A DNA stretch of 64,000 nucleotides from a virus. Taxonomy: Duplodnaviria; Caudoviricetes. The stretch lies in IMG/VR virus record IMGVR_UViG_3300007177_000042, one strand, 5' to 3'. Of this stretch, positions 41,870-51,800 are shown piece after piece (within the stretch, counting starts at the first letter, position 1; each line of letters starts with the position of its first letter). A program made the position numbers and the translations under genes. The notes under the pieces are model-generated. The model had not been told where the DNA came from and did not search any database. It was given only the letters and a program-made list of their open reading frames with translations.

Positions 41870-42652
41870 TTACGCATTTCGCACAAAGACTGGAATTGGG
41901 GCCAATTTGTGAGCACCAGCATTGTGCCACTTGTCGTAAATGGCAAGAACTTCACGCTGACGAGTGGTCACTTCGCCTCCCCACAAATGAATGTCGCCTG
42001 GATCGTTTGATTCAAAAAACTCCATAGCCCATTCCAATTCGTCATACGTAGCACCAATTTGATCCTCGTCGGTACGAGTATCGTCCCACAGTCCATCGGT
42101 AGGAACAGCTTCACTAAGTTCTGGAAGAACTCCCAAAGCACGACACATGGTTCGCACTTCGCTCTTGAGCAGATCTCCAATAGGGCTGATGTCCACACCA
42201 CCGTCACCATATTTGGTAAAGAAACCCACACCAAAATCTTCAACCTTGTTGCCGGTTCCAACAACCAAACCGTTAGTAGCCGTGGCAATCTGATACAAAG
42301 TTACCATGCGAAGCCGACTCTTGCTGTTGGCATAGCCCAATTTATTGTGATAGCAAGTGGTGGTCACACGTTGAAACGCTTCAAACGTGTTGGTAAGGTC
42401 TACACACTCGTAGTAAACATTATCAAATTTGCTGCGAAGCCATTCAATGTGCTTGTTACCACGATCCGTTTGATCTGTCTTGGTCTGACACGGCATCACT
42501 ACACAATGCGTAGGTAGACCTGTCATGGCACACAGAGTGCTCACAAGCGCACTGTCCACACCACCCGATACACCCACGACCAGCGACTTACGGTTGTTTT
42601 TGGTGGCATAATCCTTGATCCACTGCACAATTTCGTTTGACAAATTCTTCAT
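41870..42652 (-). CDS. nadE: NH3-dependent NAD+ synthetase (frame open upstream to ATG 42796)
   Basis: VGVSGGVDSA, NSKSRLRM, GTGNKVE..VGFFTKYGDG.VD, PTDGLW..TDEDQIG..Y. Confidence 0.93.
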   Translation of the reverse strand: MKNLSNEIVQWIKDYATKNNRKSLVVGVSGGVDSALVSTLCAMTGLPTHCVVMPCQTKTDQTDRGNKHIEWLRSKFDNVYYECVDLTNTFEAFQRVTTTCYHNKLGYANSKSRLRMVTLYQIATATNGLVVGTGNKVEDFGVGFFTKYGDGGVDISPIGDLLKSEVRTMCRALGVLPELSEAVPTDGLWDDTRTDEDQIGATYDELEWAMEFFESNDPGDIHLWGGEVTTRQREVLAIYDKWHNAGAHKLAPIPVFVRNA

Positions 42653-42764
42653 ATTGATATGCTTTCTGATTCTTTCTGATCTTCGTTCTTCGGATTGCTT
42701 GTTTTCAAGTTCAATCGTTTGTAAAAACTTCTGAAATGATCCTTTCGGTTGACCACAAACATCG

Positions 42765-43271
42765 TCAATGGTCCTTTTCTGTGTAGTGTCGTTCATACTG
42801 TTTCAATTTTTCTAATACTCTTTCTGCAAACCCAACCCATTCGTTGTCGGGCTTGTAATATGGCTTGACAATTTCTTTTCGAGATTCCACACATTTTTCT
42901 GCTTTTTCAATGAGAAATGGCAAACACTCTGTTCCATAACAATCAAAAATGATCTTAATCGCATCTTGCACGGTAAATGAAGTGTTCCATTCTTCAAGTT
43001 GAATAAGTCTGTAAACAGAGAACTCCAACCGGAATTTGTTTACATCATCGTTGTCTGACGATTTAAGGTTATCATTATACCATTCTTTGACACAAAGCTC
43101 CCGATATGCTTCTGGCTCCTTCTCAAAAACACATTGCCACACATCAAAACGTCCGATCTCATCAATTGGAATATTGCGAATTACTCGTAGATCACGCCCA
43201 CGTTCAACGTAAATGTTGAGATAAAACTTGGCGGAATGAACATTTCGGAACTCTTTGGATTCTTCACTCAT
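42765..43271 (-). CDS. hypothetical protein
   Basis: ORF track. Confidence 0.55.
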   Translation of the reverse strand: MSEESKEFRNVHSAKFYLNIYVERGRDLRVIRNIPIDEIGRFDVWQCVFEKEPEAYRELCVKEWYNDNLKSSDNDDVNKFRLEFSVYRLIQLEEWNTSFTVQDAIKIIFDCYGTECLPFLIEKAEKCVESRKEIVKPYYKPDNEWVGFAERVLEKLKQYERHYTEKDH

Positions 43272-43276
43272 ATTGT

Positions 43277-43591
43277 TTACTTACGAATATACTCAACACC
43301 ATCGATCACCACAATCGTCTCGGTATGTGAGCTTTTTCCGTTACTGATAGTTTTGTTGACACTGATAGTATTGTTGGTGGCATTTTCAAAAAAGTAAATA
43401 CGATCCGGGTGGTTTCCTGCACCCATATCAATCCAAATTCGGAACAGTTTACCCTTGGGAGTATCCACAACAAATTCAGGATTATTGACATTGACCCAAT
43501 TATTTGCCTTTGTTTGTGGATCGTTGCGGCCACGACATCCGGTGAGAGTGACGATGGAAGCAACAACGATGACAAAAGTTTTGATCTTCAT
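43277..43591 (-). CDS. lipoprotein
   Basis: MKIK + hydrophobic stretch + LTGC lipobox. Confidence 0.75.
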   Translation of the reverse strand: MKIKTFVIVVASIVTLTGCRGRNDPQTKANNWVNVNNPEFVVDTPKGKLFRIWIDMGAGNHPDRIYFFENATNNTISVNKTISNGKSSHTETIVVIDGVEYIRK

Positions 43592-43600
43592 AGTTTCAAT

Positions 43601-43629
43601 ATCCTACCACGATGTTTATAGAACGTCAA
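43601..43629 (-). promoter_or_regulatory. promoter TTGACG-17-TAGGAT, near-identical to 45277-45305
   Basis: 24 of 25 bp shared with 45281-45305. Confidence 0.75.
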
Positions 43630-45270
43630 TCACAACATGTTTTGTTTTTAGAATTTCTTTCGTCTTCCATCCATTGTTCATGATAGCTTTTAAGATTTCA
43701 ATGCTTTTTGGATGATGACGAATGCCTTGCTCCCAACGTTTTGTGATATCGGTTTCAACCATAAATTATTTGAATGATACGTACTTCAGTTCTTCCTTGG
43801 TCAACTTACTCTTGATTGACTCAATAATCTTGGTGCGAGCAACCTTAGAAAGTTCAGCCTTTTGTTTCGCTGATTCTTTCAGTTTCTTGTTTTGATCAAC
43901 ATGGTCCAAAACCTCTTTCGTCCAAATATCGTCATCGGTCCACAAAAAACGGGTGGGAAATCCCGTTGCAAAATCACCATCAACTTCCCTACTTGCATAA
44001 TCACCCGAAAGTTCAATGAATTCACCATCGGTTTCTGGATCAAAACTTCCACCACTGCTTCCATCACCATCATTATACTCAACGTCGTTCTGGAATGCAT
44101 ACCAATTAAGTCTACGACCCGAAATCTTCAATAGTTTACGCCAAACATAATCCACACGTTCTCCAATTTCTCCAATAATAGCGTCATATTCACGCTTTGT
44201 GACGTTGGGGTCGTTCAGTTTAAGCACACGGTCTTGAGGAATAATATTTTTCATAGAGTTACTTTACCAAGAAGATTATAGAGAGTCAAGGAGCAATTCC
44301 TGTGTCGTAGTCGTATCCCTCGTTGACTCCACTCGTCATGTCCTTGACCCATTCTTTGTATTCTTCACTGGGTTCTCCTGTGAGAATACGATATTCCGAT
44401 TCGTGATCTGTCCATCGAGCTTCTAAAACTACAATCGGTGTATTTTTCAAACATCGCGCAACCTGATCCAATACCCACGTTTTGTGGTGAGCACCGTCAA
44501 TTTGACCATATCTTGAAATAAAAGACATTGCCCAATCATTGGCTGTATAATGTTTGAATTCTGGATGTGTAGATACATCCACCACTGTTTCACCTAGATA
44601 ACTCATATTTTTAGTTTATCACCGACTCAGAAAGGCTTGTGAAATTAGTTTGTTGAATTTGATAATCAAAATCGCCTGATACACTATCAATTTCCCCGAA
44701 CATTCCTATAGAATTTGCTCTGCAACCTTGAATAGCAATATCCTTTTCCACGATATTAGCCAAAGCCCGCAGGGCATCAGGAATGTCTTTAACTGTATTC
44801 GTATTGATGATGCTAATGATGTTCATGTGATTATACACTATCACTGTGTTTGTAGAAAGTCAAGAGTAGTATTCTTCATATCCTTCAAGATGCGATACCC
44901 GTTCGTCTTGGAATCCTTCTCTCCACTGAGTATATTCCTCTGTTTTAGGATCATACGGGTTGTCCTCAAGATATTTGTTCATTCCATGCGTATTTTTACA
45001 ATACGCACGTCCTTTATCGTATGGAGTTTGTTCCATAGAGTTACTTTGATTTATAACCACTTATTCTTCTGTCAATGCAACAATATGCCATCCAAAATAT
45101 GTCTGTTGATTTGCATTCCAATGTGGCTTATCAACAAGTCCTGTAAGTTCAGCGTATTTGTTTTTTGCATCAATCAAATTATCCGCTTCAATTACACGAA
45201 TGTTGTCGTAATGCCATTCAGGATCTTCCATCAATCCACCAGTTTTGAGAGCAAGGTTGTATTTCATCAT
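43616..45270 (-). CDS. small hypothetical genes (43616-43762, 43766-44254, 44286-44606, 44611-44826, 44860-45060, 45061-45270)
   Basis: ORF track and manual reading; interleaved with promoters. Confidence 0.6.
44261..44289 (-). promoter_or_regulatory. promoter TTGACT-17-TAAAGT
   Basis: 6 nt to ATG 44254; -35 contains TGA 44286-44288. Confidence 0.7.
44835..44863 (-). promoter_or_regulatory. promoter TTGACT-17-TAGTGT
   Basis: 8 nt to ATG 44826; -35 contains TGA 44860-44862. Confidence 0.65.
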
Positions 45271-45276
45271 ACAATC

Positions 45277-45305
45277 AGCTTACCACGATGTTTATAGAAA
45301 GTCAA
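45277..45305 (-). promoter_or_regulatory. promoter TTGACT-17-TAAGCT
   Basis: 6 nt to ATG 45270. Confidence 0.7.
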
Positions 45306-45352
45306 GAACGGTTTTGTGTGAAGGATAACCGTAAACCTTTGTGGCAATTCAA

Positions 45353-46972
45353 TTACAGAGCAGCGTTCTTGCGAACAGTGTCAAAATCAATTTCCTTGAC
45401 CAACACACCATTCGTAAACACAACCTTCAAATAATCCTCACCGGGATCGTTTTCATTGACAGTAACAAACTTACCATCAACCTTAGTCAACTTGAGACGA
45501 CCTTTCTTAGAAGCCTTAGAAACGTCCTTGGGATTCTTCTGAATGTCATACCACTGACCATCACGGTACTGAGCACTACACTTGAAAGCACAGCGTTGAG
45601 TGTCACGATTGACCTTCTGGAGAAGACCCCCACCCATACCAAAACAAGCGATATTCTCCGTGGCAAATCCCGCCTTGGTAACAGCATACAGAATCTTCTT
45701 GATACCATCAAGATCAATGCCGTCACCCCACAACACACGGACAGAAGGATTGATCAACTTATATCCCTTACTGTTCACCGTGCCACCGTAGTTCTTCCAC
45801 AAGGATTCCATGATCCACACCATCTCCTCCTCGGGAGTCTGGTGAGTAGGAGTGATACTATCGGGACGAACCACAAACACACCCTTACGTGCCAAAATAC
45901 GATCCTTGAATTTCTTTCCAACAATGTTATCAACAAAGTTATAAATGTCGTAACTATCGGCAACAACAGACAGAATACCCGTAGGATATTCATTGAGAAG
46001 ACTTTCAACCACAGCAACCTCCCCATCCCTACCAAGGGCAGTCATAACACTGTGTTCGGTAGCCGCCACACTATACGCCAGACCATCAAGGTTGGCATTA
46101 TAGTAGTTGATTGCCACTTCCATAGCCACAACCGTATCGGTGCCGAGGAAGTTAATCAGGTGGGCAGCACCACCAATACCAGCAGTCTCCCACGAAGATG
46201 CGCCTCGGAAACCAAAATCGTGCAGTCCGAAATTGAGAAGACCACCATCCGAAGTGAGGTCAAGATACTCCTTGATATTCATCTTCACTTCTCGGGACAA
46301 AGACGCCACAGTAATAGGATACCAAACCTGAGACAAAATCGTCTCAAGGAAGTTGGTCAACCAAGCGGTTTCCCATCCACCGGTATTCTCAATAGTCATC
46401 AACACATTGTTGATAGGAACCACGGTTCCCTCCTCAACGGCCTTAATAACAACCGGCAACTTACCACCAAAGTTGTTCAGAATGTACTCCCAACCTTCAC
46501 GGTTAAAATACTTCTCGTCACCAAAATGTGCCTTACACAACTTGGCAGCCTTCTCAATCTTCTCGCGGGTCACAACCACGCCTTCAAGGTGGTTCTTGAT
46601 AATATACTGAAGTCCGAAGAACGGAGTCTCAGCAAACTTAGCACCCTTACGGCACTCAAAGTAACTATAAACCTTCTCGGTGCCCTTGGGATACTGATTC
46701 CAGTGATTCAACTTATACGAATCTGTAGTCAAACAAATGTTCTTGACAAACGATCCATTGCGGATCGAATTGCCATTCTTGGCGTCTTCAATCTGCTTCT
46801 TGGTAGGTCGGGTGAGTTCATTCTCGTTATAGAGAGCGCGAGTACCAGTTAGCAAATAACGAACCACATTGTCGTTACGAAACACTTCTGCAACTTGTCT
46901 AATAGATCCCGCCGAATTATCCATCAAATCGGTCGAAATCATAACAGTGTCACCAATATTATACTTATTCAT
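45353..46972 (-). CDS. nadV: nicotinamide phosphoribosyltransferase with ~75-aa N-terminal extension
   Basis: TDSYK..HW.QYP, FFGLQY, LHDFGFRG, ATEHSVMT, SVVADSYD, VRPDS, GDGI, GMGGGLLQKVNRDT. Confidence 0.93.
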   Translation of the reverse strand: MNKYNIGDTVMISTDLMDNSAGSIRQVAEVFRNDNVVRYLLTGTRALYNENELTRPTKKQIEDAKNGNSIRNGSFVKNICLTTDSYKLNHWNQYPKGTEKVYSYFECRKGAKFAETPFFGLQYIIKNHLEGVVVTREKIEKAAKLCKAHFGDEKYFNREGWEYILNNFGGKLPVVIKAVEEGTVVPINNVLMTIENTGGWETAWLTNFLETILSQVWYPITVASLSREVKMNIKEYLDLTSDGGLLNFGLHDFGFRGASSWETAGIGGAAHLINFLGTDTVVAMEVAINYYNANLDGLAYSVAATEHSVMTALGRDGEVAVVESLLNEYPTGILSVVADSYDIYNFVDNIVGKKFKDRILARKGVFVVRPDSITPTHQTPEEEMVWIMESLWKNYGGTVNSKGYKLINPSVRVLWGDGIDLDGIKKILYAVTKAGFATENIACFGMGGGLLQKVNRDTQRCAFKCSAQYRDGQWYDIQKNPKDVSKASKKGRLKLTKVDGKFVTVNENDPGEDYLKVVFTNGVLVKEIDFDTVRKNAAL

Positions 46973-47040
46973 AATCTTATTTTCCTTTTGTTGTAATGAT
47001 TTTATCTGTACCTTAATCTTTACTACGTTTCTACTCTTTC

Positions 47041-47068
47041 ATTGTACCTCAACTTCACTCAAAGTCAA
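47041..47068 (-). promoter_or_regulatory. promoter TTGACT-16-TACAAT for nadV
   Basis: read from sequence. Confidence 0.75.
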
Positions 47069-47074
47069 GGTGTT

Positions 47075-47386
47075 TTACATCAAACCCAACAGTTTCTTTT
47101 CCTTGTCAGACAGCTTGTTCAAAGCTGCTTTGATTTCGGCATTCTTTTCACTTTCCAAATATTCAGAAATGCTTTCATAAACAAACATTTCTCGTTCACT
47201 AACATCGTACTTGCCACCATCGAAGGGTTGGCAACCCATCACACCATACTTTCCGTAGAACAATGGGTTGTTTACGATTTTTAGCGCAACTTCACGGGTC
47301 TCAGCATAACATACGTCATAACTAGGTCCACGTCCTTCGGTTTGATCACGATTGGCAGTACACGCCCAAACTTTGAATGTTTTCAT
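47075..47386 (-). CDS. hypothetical protein
   Basis: ORF track. Confidence 0.65.
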   Translation of the reverse strand: MKTFKVWACTANRDQTEGRGPSYDVCYAETREVALKIVNNPLFYGKYGVMGCQPFDGGKYDVSEREMFVYESISEYLESEKNAEIKAALNKLSDKEKKLLGLM

Positions 47387-47393
47387 ATAATTT

Positions 47394-48353
47394 TTAAGTC
47401 ATATTACCGTCAACATTTGGCTGAAAAAACTTGTCTTGAAGATCACGATTTCCGCCAAACTTATCGTTGAACATATCCACCAAAACATGGTGAAGAGGTT
47501 CAACGTTGTCCTTGCTGAGTCCGGTACCAATTGGAACCCACTTGACTTCAGCAATGTCATCAGCACCCTCTGGCTTTCCGTACATATACTTGGCAACAAA
47601 CAGAGCAGTCTTGATCTTGTCCTGTTCACCACGATAACGCCAATCATCAATCAACGTAGATCCAAGATACGTAATGCCATCCACTTCAATACCGGCTTCC
47701 TCACTTACCTCACGCTTTGCGTCTGCCTCAAGCGATGGACTACGAGGATCGCTGAAACCTCCAATGAATCGCCACTTCTTTTCATCGGGCTTACGGGCCA
47801 GCAGAATCTCTCGCTTGTCGTTCACAACAGCGATGTCTACAGTCTGAAACGCCGTAGGATAACGATATGCGGTGGCTGCAATCATTCCGGCACGATAGTC
47901 AGCTGTGGGAGGATAATTGTTACAAACTCGACGACGAACCTCGGTACCACTGATAAACGTGGTCGCCTCAAGTTCACATACGTTGAACTTTCCGCTGTAT
48001 GCTTTGAGAAAACTATCACGGCTACCATACAGTGTAACCGTCTGAAGCGGAAGCAGTTGTTCTGTGATCTGCTTGTCAAGATTTTTAGACCATACAGCAT
48101 CTGATGGATGATCATTGATGTAATGCACCTCGACGTTCGGAAACTTGTCAGCAATCATGGCACGACGTGCCCGATAGTCAAGTGGATTAGAGGTGGTATT
48201 CCGGATGATGCTGTTACCCAAGAAAAGAAGCACCCGATCATGCTTCTGAGCAACAGAATTGATGAGGTCAATATGAGCCTCATGAAGTTCGTTGACCTGA
48301 AACCGGCCAACAATAACGCCCACATCTGCGGGCTTAGCAGTCTTTTCCTTCAT
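47394..48353 (-). CDS. nadM: bifunctional NMN adenylyltransferase / Nudix ADP-ribose pyrophosphatase (NadM-Nudix)
   Basis: GRFQVNELHEAH, NPL....R, ISGTEVR; Nudix GGF..P....AKREVSEEAG. Confidence 0.92.
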   Translation of the reverse strand: MKEKTAKPADVGVIVGRFQVNELHEAHIDLINSVAQKHDRVLLFLGNSIIRNTTSNPLDYRARRAMIADKFPNVEVHYINDHPSDAVWSKNLDKQITEQLLPLQTVTLYGSRDSFLKAYSGKFNVCELEATTFISGTEVRRRVCNNYPPTADYRAGMIAATAYRYPTAFQTVDIAVVNDKREILLARKPDEKKWRFIGGFSDPRSPSLEADAKREVSEEAGIEVDGITYLGSTLIDDWRYRGEQDKIKTALFVAKYMYGKPEGADDIAEVKWVPIGTGLSKDNVEPLHHVLVDMFNDKFGGNRDLQDKFFQPNVDGNMT

Positions 48354-48433
48354 AGATTTATCTATACCTTTCTATGTTTGTTTATGTTTTTGTAAACCGA
48401 CCATATCAAAATCTAGGTCTGATTACGTTGATA

Positions 48434-48461
48434 ACTATACCCTAGATTCAGAAAACGTCAA
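48434..48461 (-). promoter_or_regulatory. promoter TTGACG-16-TATAGT for nadM
   Basis: -35 contains the TGA of the unannotated ORF 48458-48628. Confidence 0.7.
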
Positions 48462-48628
48462 GACTTTTTCACAAAACCCAATCGAAGATCTTTTTCTCTG
48501 ATGAATGCTGCAACGAGTTTGGCAGCATTCGCACGATCACGCTTAATCACTTCACGTTGTTTGTGACTGAGACGGCTCCACGTCTTTTTGCCAATGTGTC
48601 CGACTGTTCCTTCGCCAATATATTTCAT
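48458..48628 (-). CDS. small basic protein (56 aa, below the ORF-track cutoff)
   Basis: MKYIGEGTVGHIGKKTWSRL...FVKKS read manually. Confidence 0.55.
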   Translation of the reverse strand: MKYIGEGTVGHIGKKTWSRLSHKQREVIKRDRANAAKLVAAFIREKDLRLGFVKKS

Positions 48629-48632
48629 AATT

Positions 48633-48884
48633 TCAAAACGATGTTGTCAAACGAGAAGCATATCCCATATTGCTTCCCTTATTTTTACGGTACGAAACTT
48701 TGGCATAATTGTCAAATCCGGCTTTAGATGTAATCACGATGGCTCCCGCTGTTTTATGACCATATGACACATAACCAAACGGCTTCTTTTTGGAAGCTGA
48801 TTTTTCGCCACATGACAAACACACCTTATACCCCAATTCAAATCGTTCGGGGTGAATTTCGTTTCCACATCCACATTTGTGCAT
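48633..48884 (-). CDS. C4 zinc-finger protein, DksA/TraR-like
   Basis: C.CG..I...R...GY..C..CG. Confidence 0.55.
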   Translation of the reverse strand: MHKCGCGNEIHPERFELGYKVCLSCGEKSASKKKPFGYVSYGHKTAGAIVITSKAGFDNYAKVSYRKNKGSNMGYASRLTTSF

Positions 48885-48987
48885 ACAACATTATTATTGG
48901 GTTTTAAGCAAAGCGTCGATTGCTATAACAATCACTGTAGTAACCAATCCAATCAAAGCAATAATTCTCTTGGTTTTGATAGTCATA

Positions 48988-49557
48988 TCAGACTTTAAGT
49001 AGGTTCTCCAACACTTTAGCAGTAACAAGAGCGTCATACTTGGCTTCGTGAGGAATACCGTTTACTTGTACATCGAAGTATTCACCAAGATTGACCAAAC
49101 TACAACTCAAATCAGCGGGCAATCGACCACTGATGCGAAGAAACTGAGCAATAGTACAGGTATCCAAAACTCGGTATGAAACATACTGTTCCCAACTACC
49201 TTGGCTCACAAGGTCATGAGTAACACGTTGAATATCAAAACCAATATTGTGTCCGACCGGAATCAACTTGTCTTTGGCAATAGTATTCCAAACGCGAAGT
49301 TTGTCATACAACATGGTGCCAGCTCTCTTTCGATAAATTGCACCTCGGTTGTGTTGCTTCAAATCAATTTGATTGATCTCAAGACTTTCAGCCGTAACAC
49401 GATAAATGTCATCGTCTGGCTTGATACGAAGATCCAAATCGTCTTTGACAACAAATGTACCGTTGTTAAGTTCCAACAACGCAAAATAAGCTGTGAGAAG
49501 ACTCTTATCAAGACCAATACCACCTGTCTCAGTGTCAAAAACAATATAATAATTCAT
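48988..49557 (-). CDS. DEDDh 3'-5' exonuclease (DnaQ-like)
   Basis: FDTETGG, GHNIGFD, DT, H.A.YDA. Confidence 0.88.
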   Translation of the reverse strand: MNYYIVFDTETGGIGLDKSLLTAYFALLELNNGTFVVKDDLDLRIKPDDDIYRVTAESLEINQIDLKQHNRGAIYRKRAGTMLYDKLRVWNTIAKDKLIPVGHNIGFDIQRVTHDLVSQGSWEQYVSYRVLDTCTIAQFLRISGRLPADLSCSLVNLGEYFDVQVNGIPHEAKYDALVTAKVLENLLKV

Positions 49558-49734
49558 CTGGTTATTTTTCTTCCGTTGTTATGTTATACAACGCATACAA
49601 AACTAATGCCACTTTAAGATTGAAAATTGCAAATTCATAACTCCAACTGGTTTTTCCAGTAAACAATAGAATTACTGTTGCAATAGCAAAAGATATTGAT
49701 GTCCACAAAATACTTTTACGATTAAACTTCATAA

Positions 49735-50876
49735 TCAGTCAACAAATTGAATGTTTTCGTAAGCAATAACGAATCCTCCATTTTTGCCCGTTTCGGTACT
49801 GATAGTAACTTCGTAAGTTTCGGATCTGATACCAGTAATATAGTGGTTTTCGTATTTATGAAATCCCTGTTTGGCATTAACCTTCTTACCCACCACCGAT
49901 GGGTCGATTGTAAGAGAGTTTTCGTCTACCCACGTTTTCAACATGGAACGTACAAGTGAATCCTTAACAAAAAACAGATCATCGAGAATACCGACCAATT
50001 CGCTATCAGCTTCAAGATACACTGTGGATTCAAGACGTTTAGCCAACTGATATCCATCAAGGTTATAATGACCCAGACAGCCGATGATATCGTTTTCATA
50101 TGTCTCACGGGACTCGTCAATGTCACCAGATTGGGACCACCGCTGATATTGATCGACCAAAGTCTTGAATGCCTTGTGATTCCTGTCAATTTTATTGGGG
50201 TCAAATTTAGGACGAACCACAGTATTTTGTTTTGTATTTTCCATAACAACCATACACTAACACAGTAATTCCAAAAGGTCAATCTGAAAATCCACGAAGT
50301 TTTCTACATTCCGGGTTGCCAGAATGACAATCTCCACCGAATCGTCCGCAGAGAATTTTGTCGAAACCTTTCAATTCGCCAGTTTCAATGGCTTTTCGCA
50401 TCTTGTCAAATTTTGGCAAAAACAAAAACGCAGGAAGGTTTTCAGGATGTTCTTCAAATGATTCAAAAACTGTGTTGTTACAGAATCCAGCATCAGTGCA
50501 TTCGCTGAATTGTTTTCTAAATGAAATCTGTGGTGTCATGTCAAAACAAAAAATCAATCCCGATAATGATTGCTGCAATAGCTAACAATGTTAGGTACCA
50601 ATGTTTAATGACCACGTTAATTATGTTTTTCATGTTTTAATAGTCTGTTTGTTTAGTAATAGACACACCGAATCCTAACAAAGTTACAATGAAACACCAA
50701 AATCCCCGTTCTTTTTTGAACAAAAATTGTGTGTTAAATTCTACTTGACAACCAAAAACAGAAGAATCATGAATCCATTCGTTTTTTTCCGTGAACCGTT
50801 TGAAAGATGGAAACAACAGATAAATGTTGAATGTATCAAACCACAACTTTTCGTTTTGTTTTGAGTATAGTCTCAT
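49735..50876 (-). CDS. hypothetical genes (49735-50244, 50279-50578, 50637-50876)
   Basis: ORF track. Confidence 0.55.
50254..50282 (-). promoter_or_regulatory. promoter TTGACC-17-TAGTGT
   Basis: -35 contains TGA 50279-50281; 9 nt to ATG 50244. Confidence 0.6.
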
Positions 50877-50909
50877 ATTATTGGATGTTTTTCTGTAACT
50901 TTGTCATAA

Positions 50910-51800
50910 TCAAAGACTTCTAACGTGTTCAAACATTTGAGCAACAGTCTTATTGTCAATGTCAAATCTAGTTTTGGACGTGGAAGACATTGCATACTGT
51001 TTCCTTACAACATCAATGTACATGGTAAATTTTCCATCGTCGCCCATATAGAACTTGTTCCAGTTTTCAGCTGTAAAGAATCTCTTCAGATTCATTTGTC
51101 GAATACCGAGATTGTCAAATGAAATGGTAAGGTTCTTCGAACCAAAAAACTTGTGTAGGTTGGTGTACCATTCGTAAATAGTCTTCTCGACGGTTGAACT
51201 GTAGTATTTTTCTCCACGGCCATATTGCTTGTATCCAAGCAACAAGACCTTGGGCTTCTCCACAGTGTCAACAATACGTTGCAAATCACGAATGGTATGA
51301 ACACCCATAATCACATGAAAAACCGTGTTATTGGTGAACTGTGCCATTTCTACACACTCTTGGTGCATAGATGGAAAATAACTGATTCCAAGACCACGAA
51401 TATCTTTACAATAAATCATATCGTGAATCATGCCACGATTTTTACGAATATGTACACTGTTAACAGTGACATTGCAGATCAATCCTTTTTCACGGAATTG
51501 AGACAACACATAATAAATGCCAGGGTAAGAAAGAGGATTGCCTCCTCCGATGGCCAATTCTGTTCCTTTGGGTAGACCGTTGAAAAGGTTGAGTAGAAAG
51601 TTTTCGTCGGAGTGAACTCCTTGGATGGTGGACTTCTCATGGCAAAAAGCACAGTTTGCATCACAATAATCCGTAATCTTTACGTCCATGCTTTCAGGAA
51701 AAATGGGACGAGGATCGGAATCGTAAATCCTTTCCTTCGTCCCATCATCGTAAAGTTTAATCGTGTAGTTTCCGTTGATGTATTCGTGAAGAAGATTCAT
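50910..51800 (-). CDS. radical SAM protein
   Basis: CDANCAFCHE (CX3CX2C), GGGNPL, NVTVN. Confidence 0.9.
   Translation of the reverse strand: MNLLHEYINGNYTIKLYDDGTKERIYDSDPRPIFPESMDVKITDYCDANCAFCHEKSTIQGVHSDENFLLNLFNGLPKGTELAIGGGNPLSYPGIYYVLSQFREKGLICNVTVNSVHIRKNRGMIHDMIYCKDIRGLGISYFPSMHQECVEMAQFTNNTVFHVIMGVHTIRDLQRIVDTVEKPKVLLLGYKQYGRGEKYYSSTVEKTIYEWYTNLHKFFGSKNLTISFDNLGIRQMNLKRFFTAENWNKFYMGDDGKFTMYIDVVRKQYAMSSTSKTRFDIDNKTVAQMFEHVRSL

Noticed and set aside
45341-46852. 503-aa plus-strand ORF
   Set aside because: Antisense shadow of nadV; no recognisable motifs, explained by codon bias
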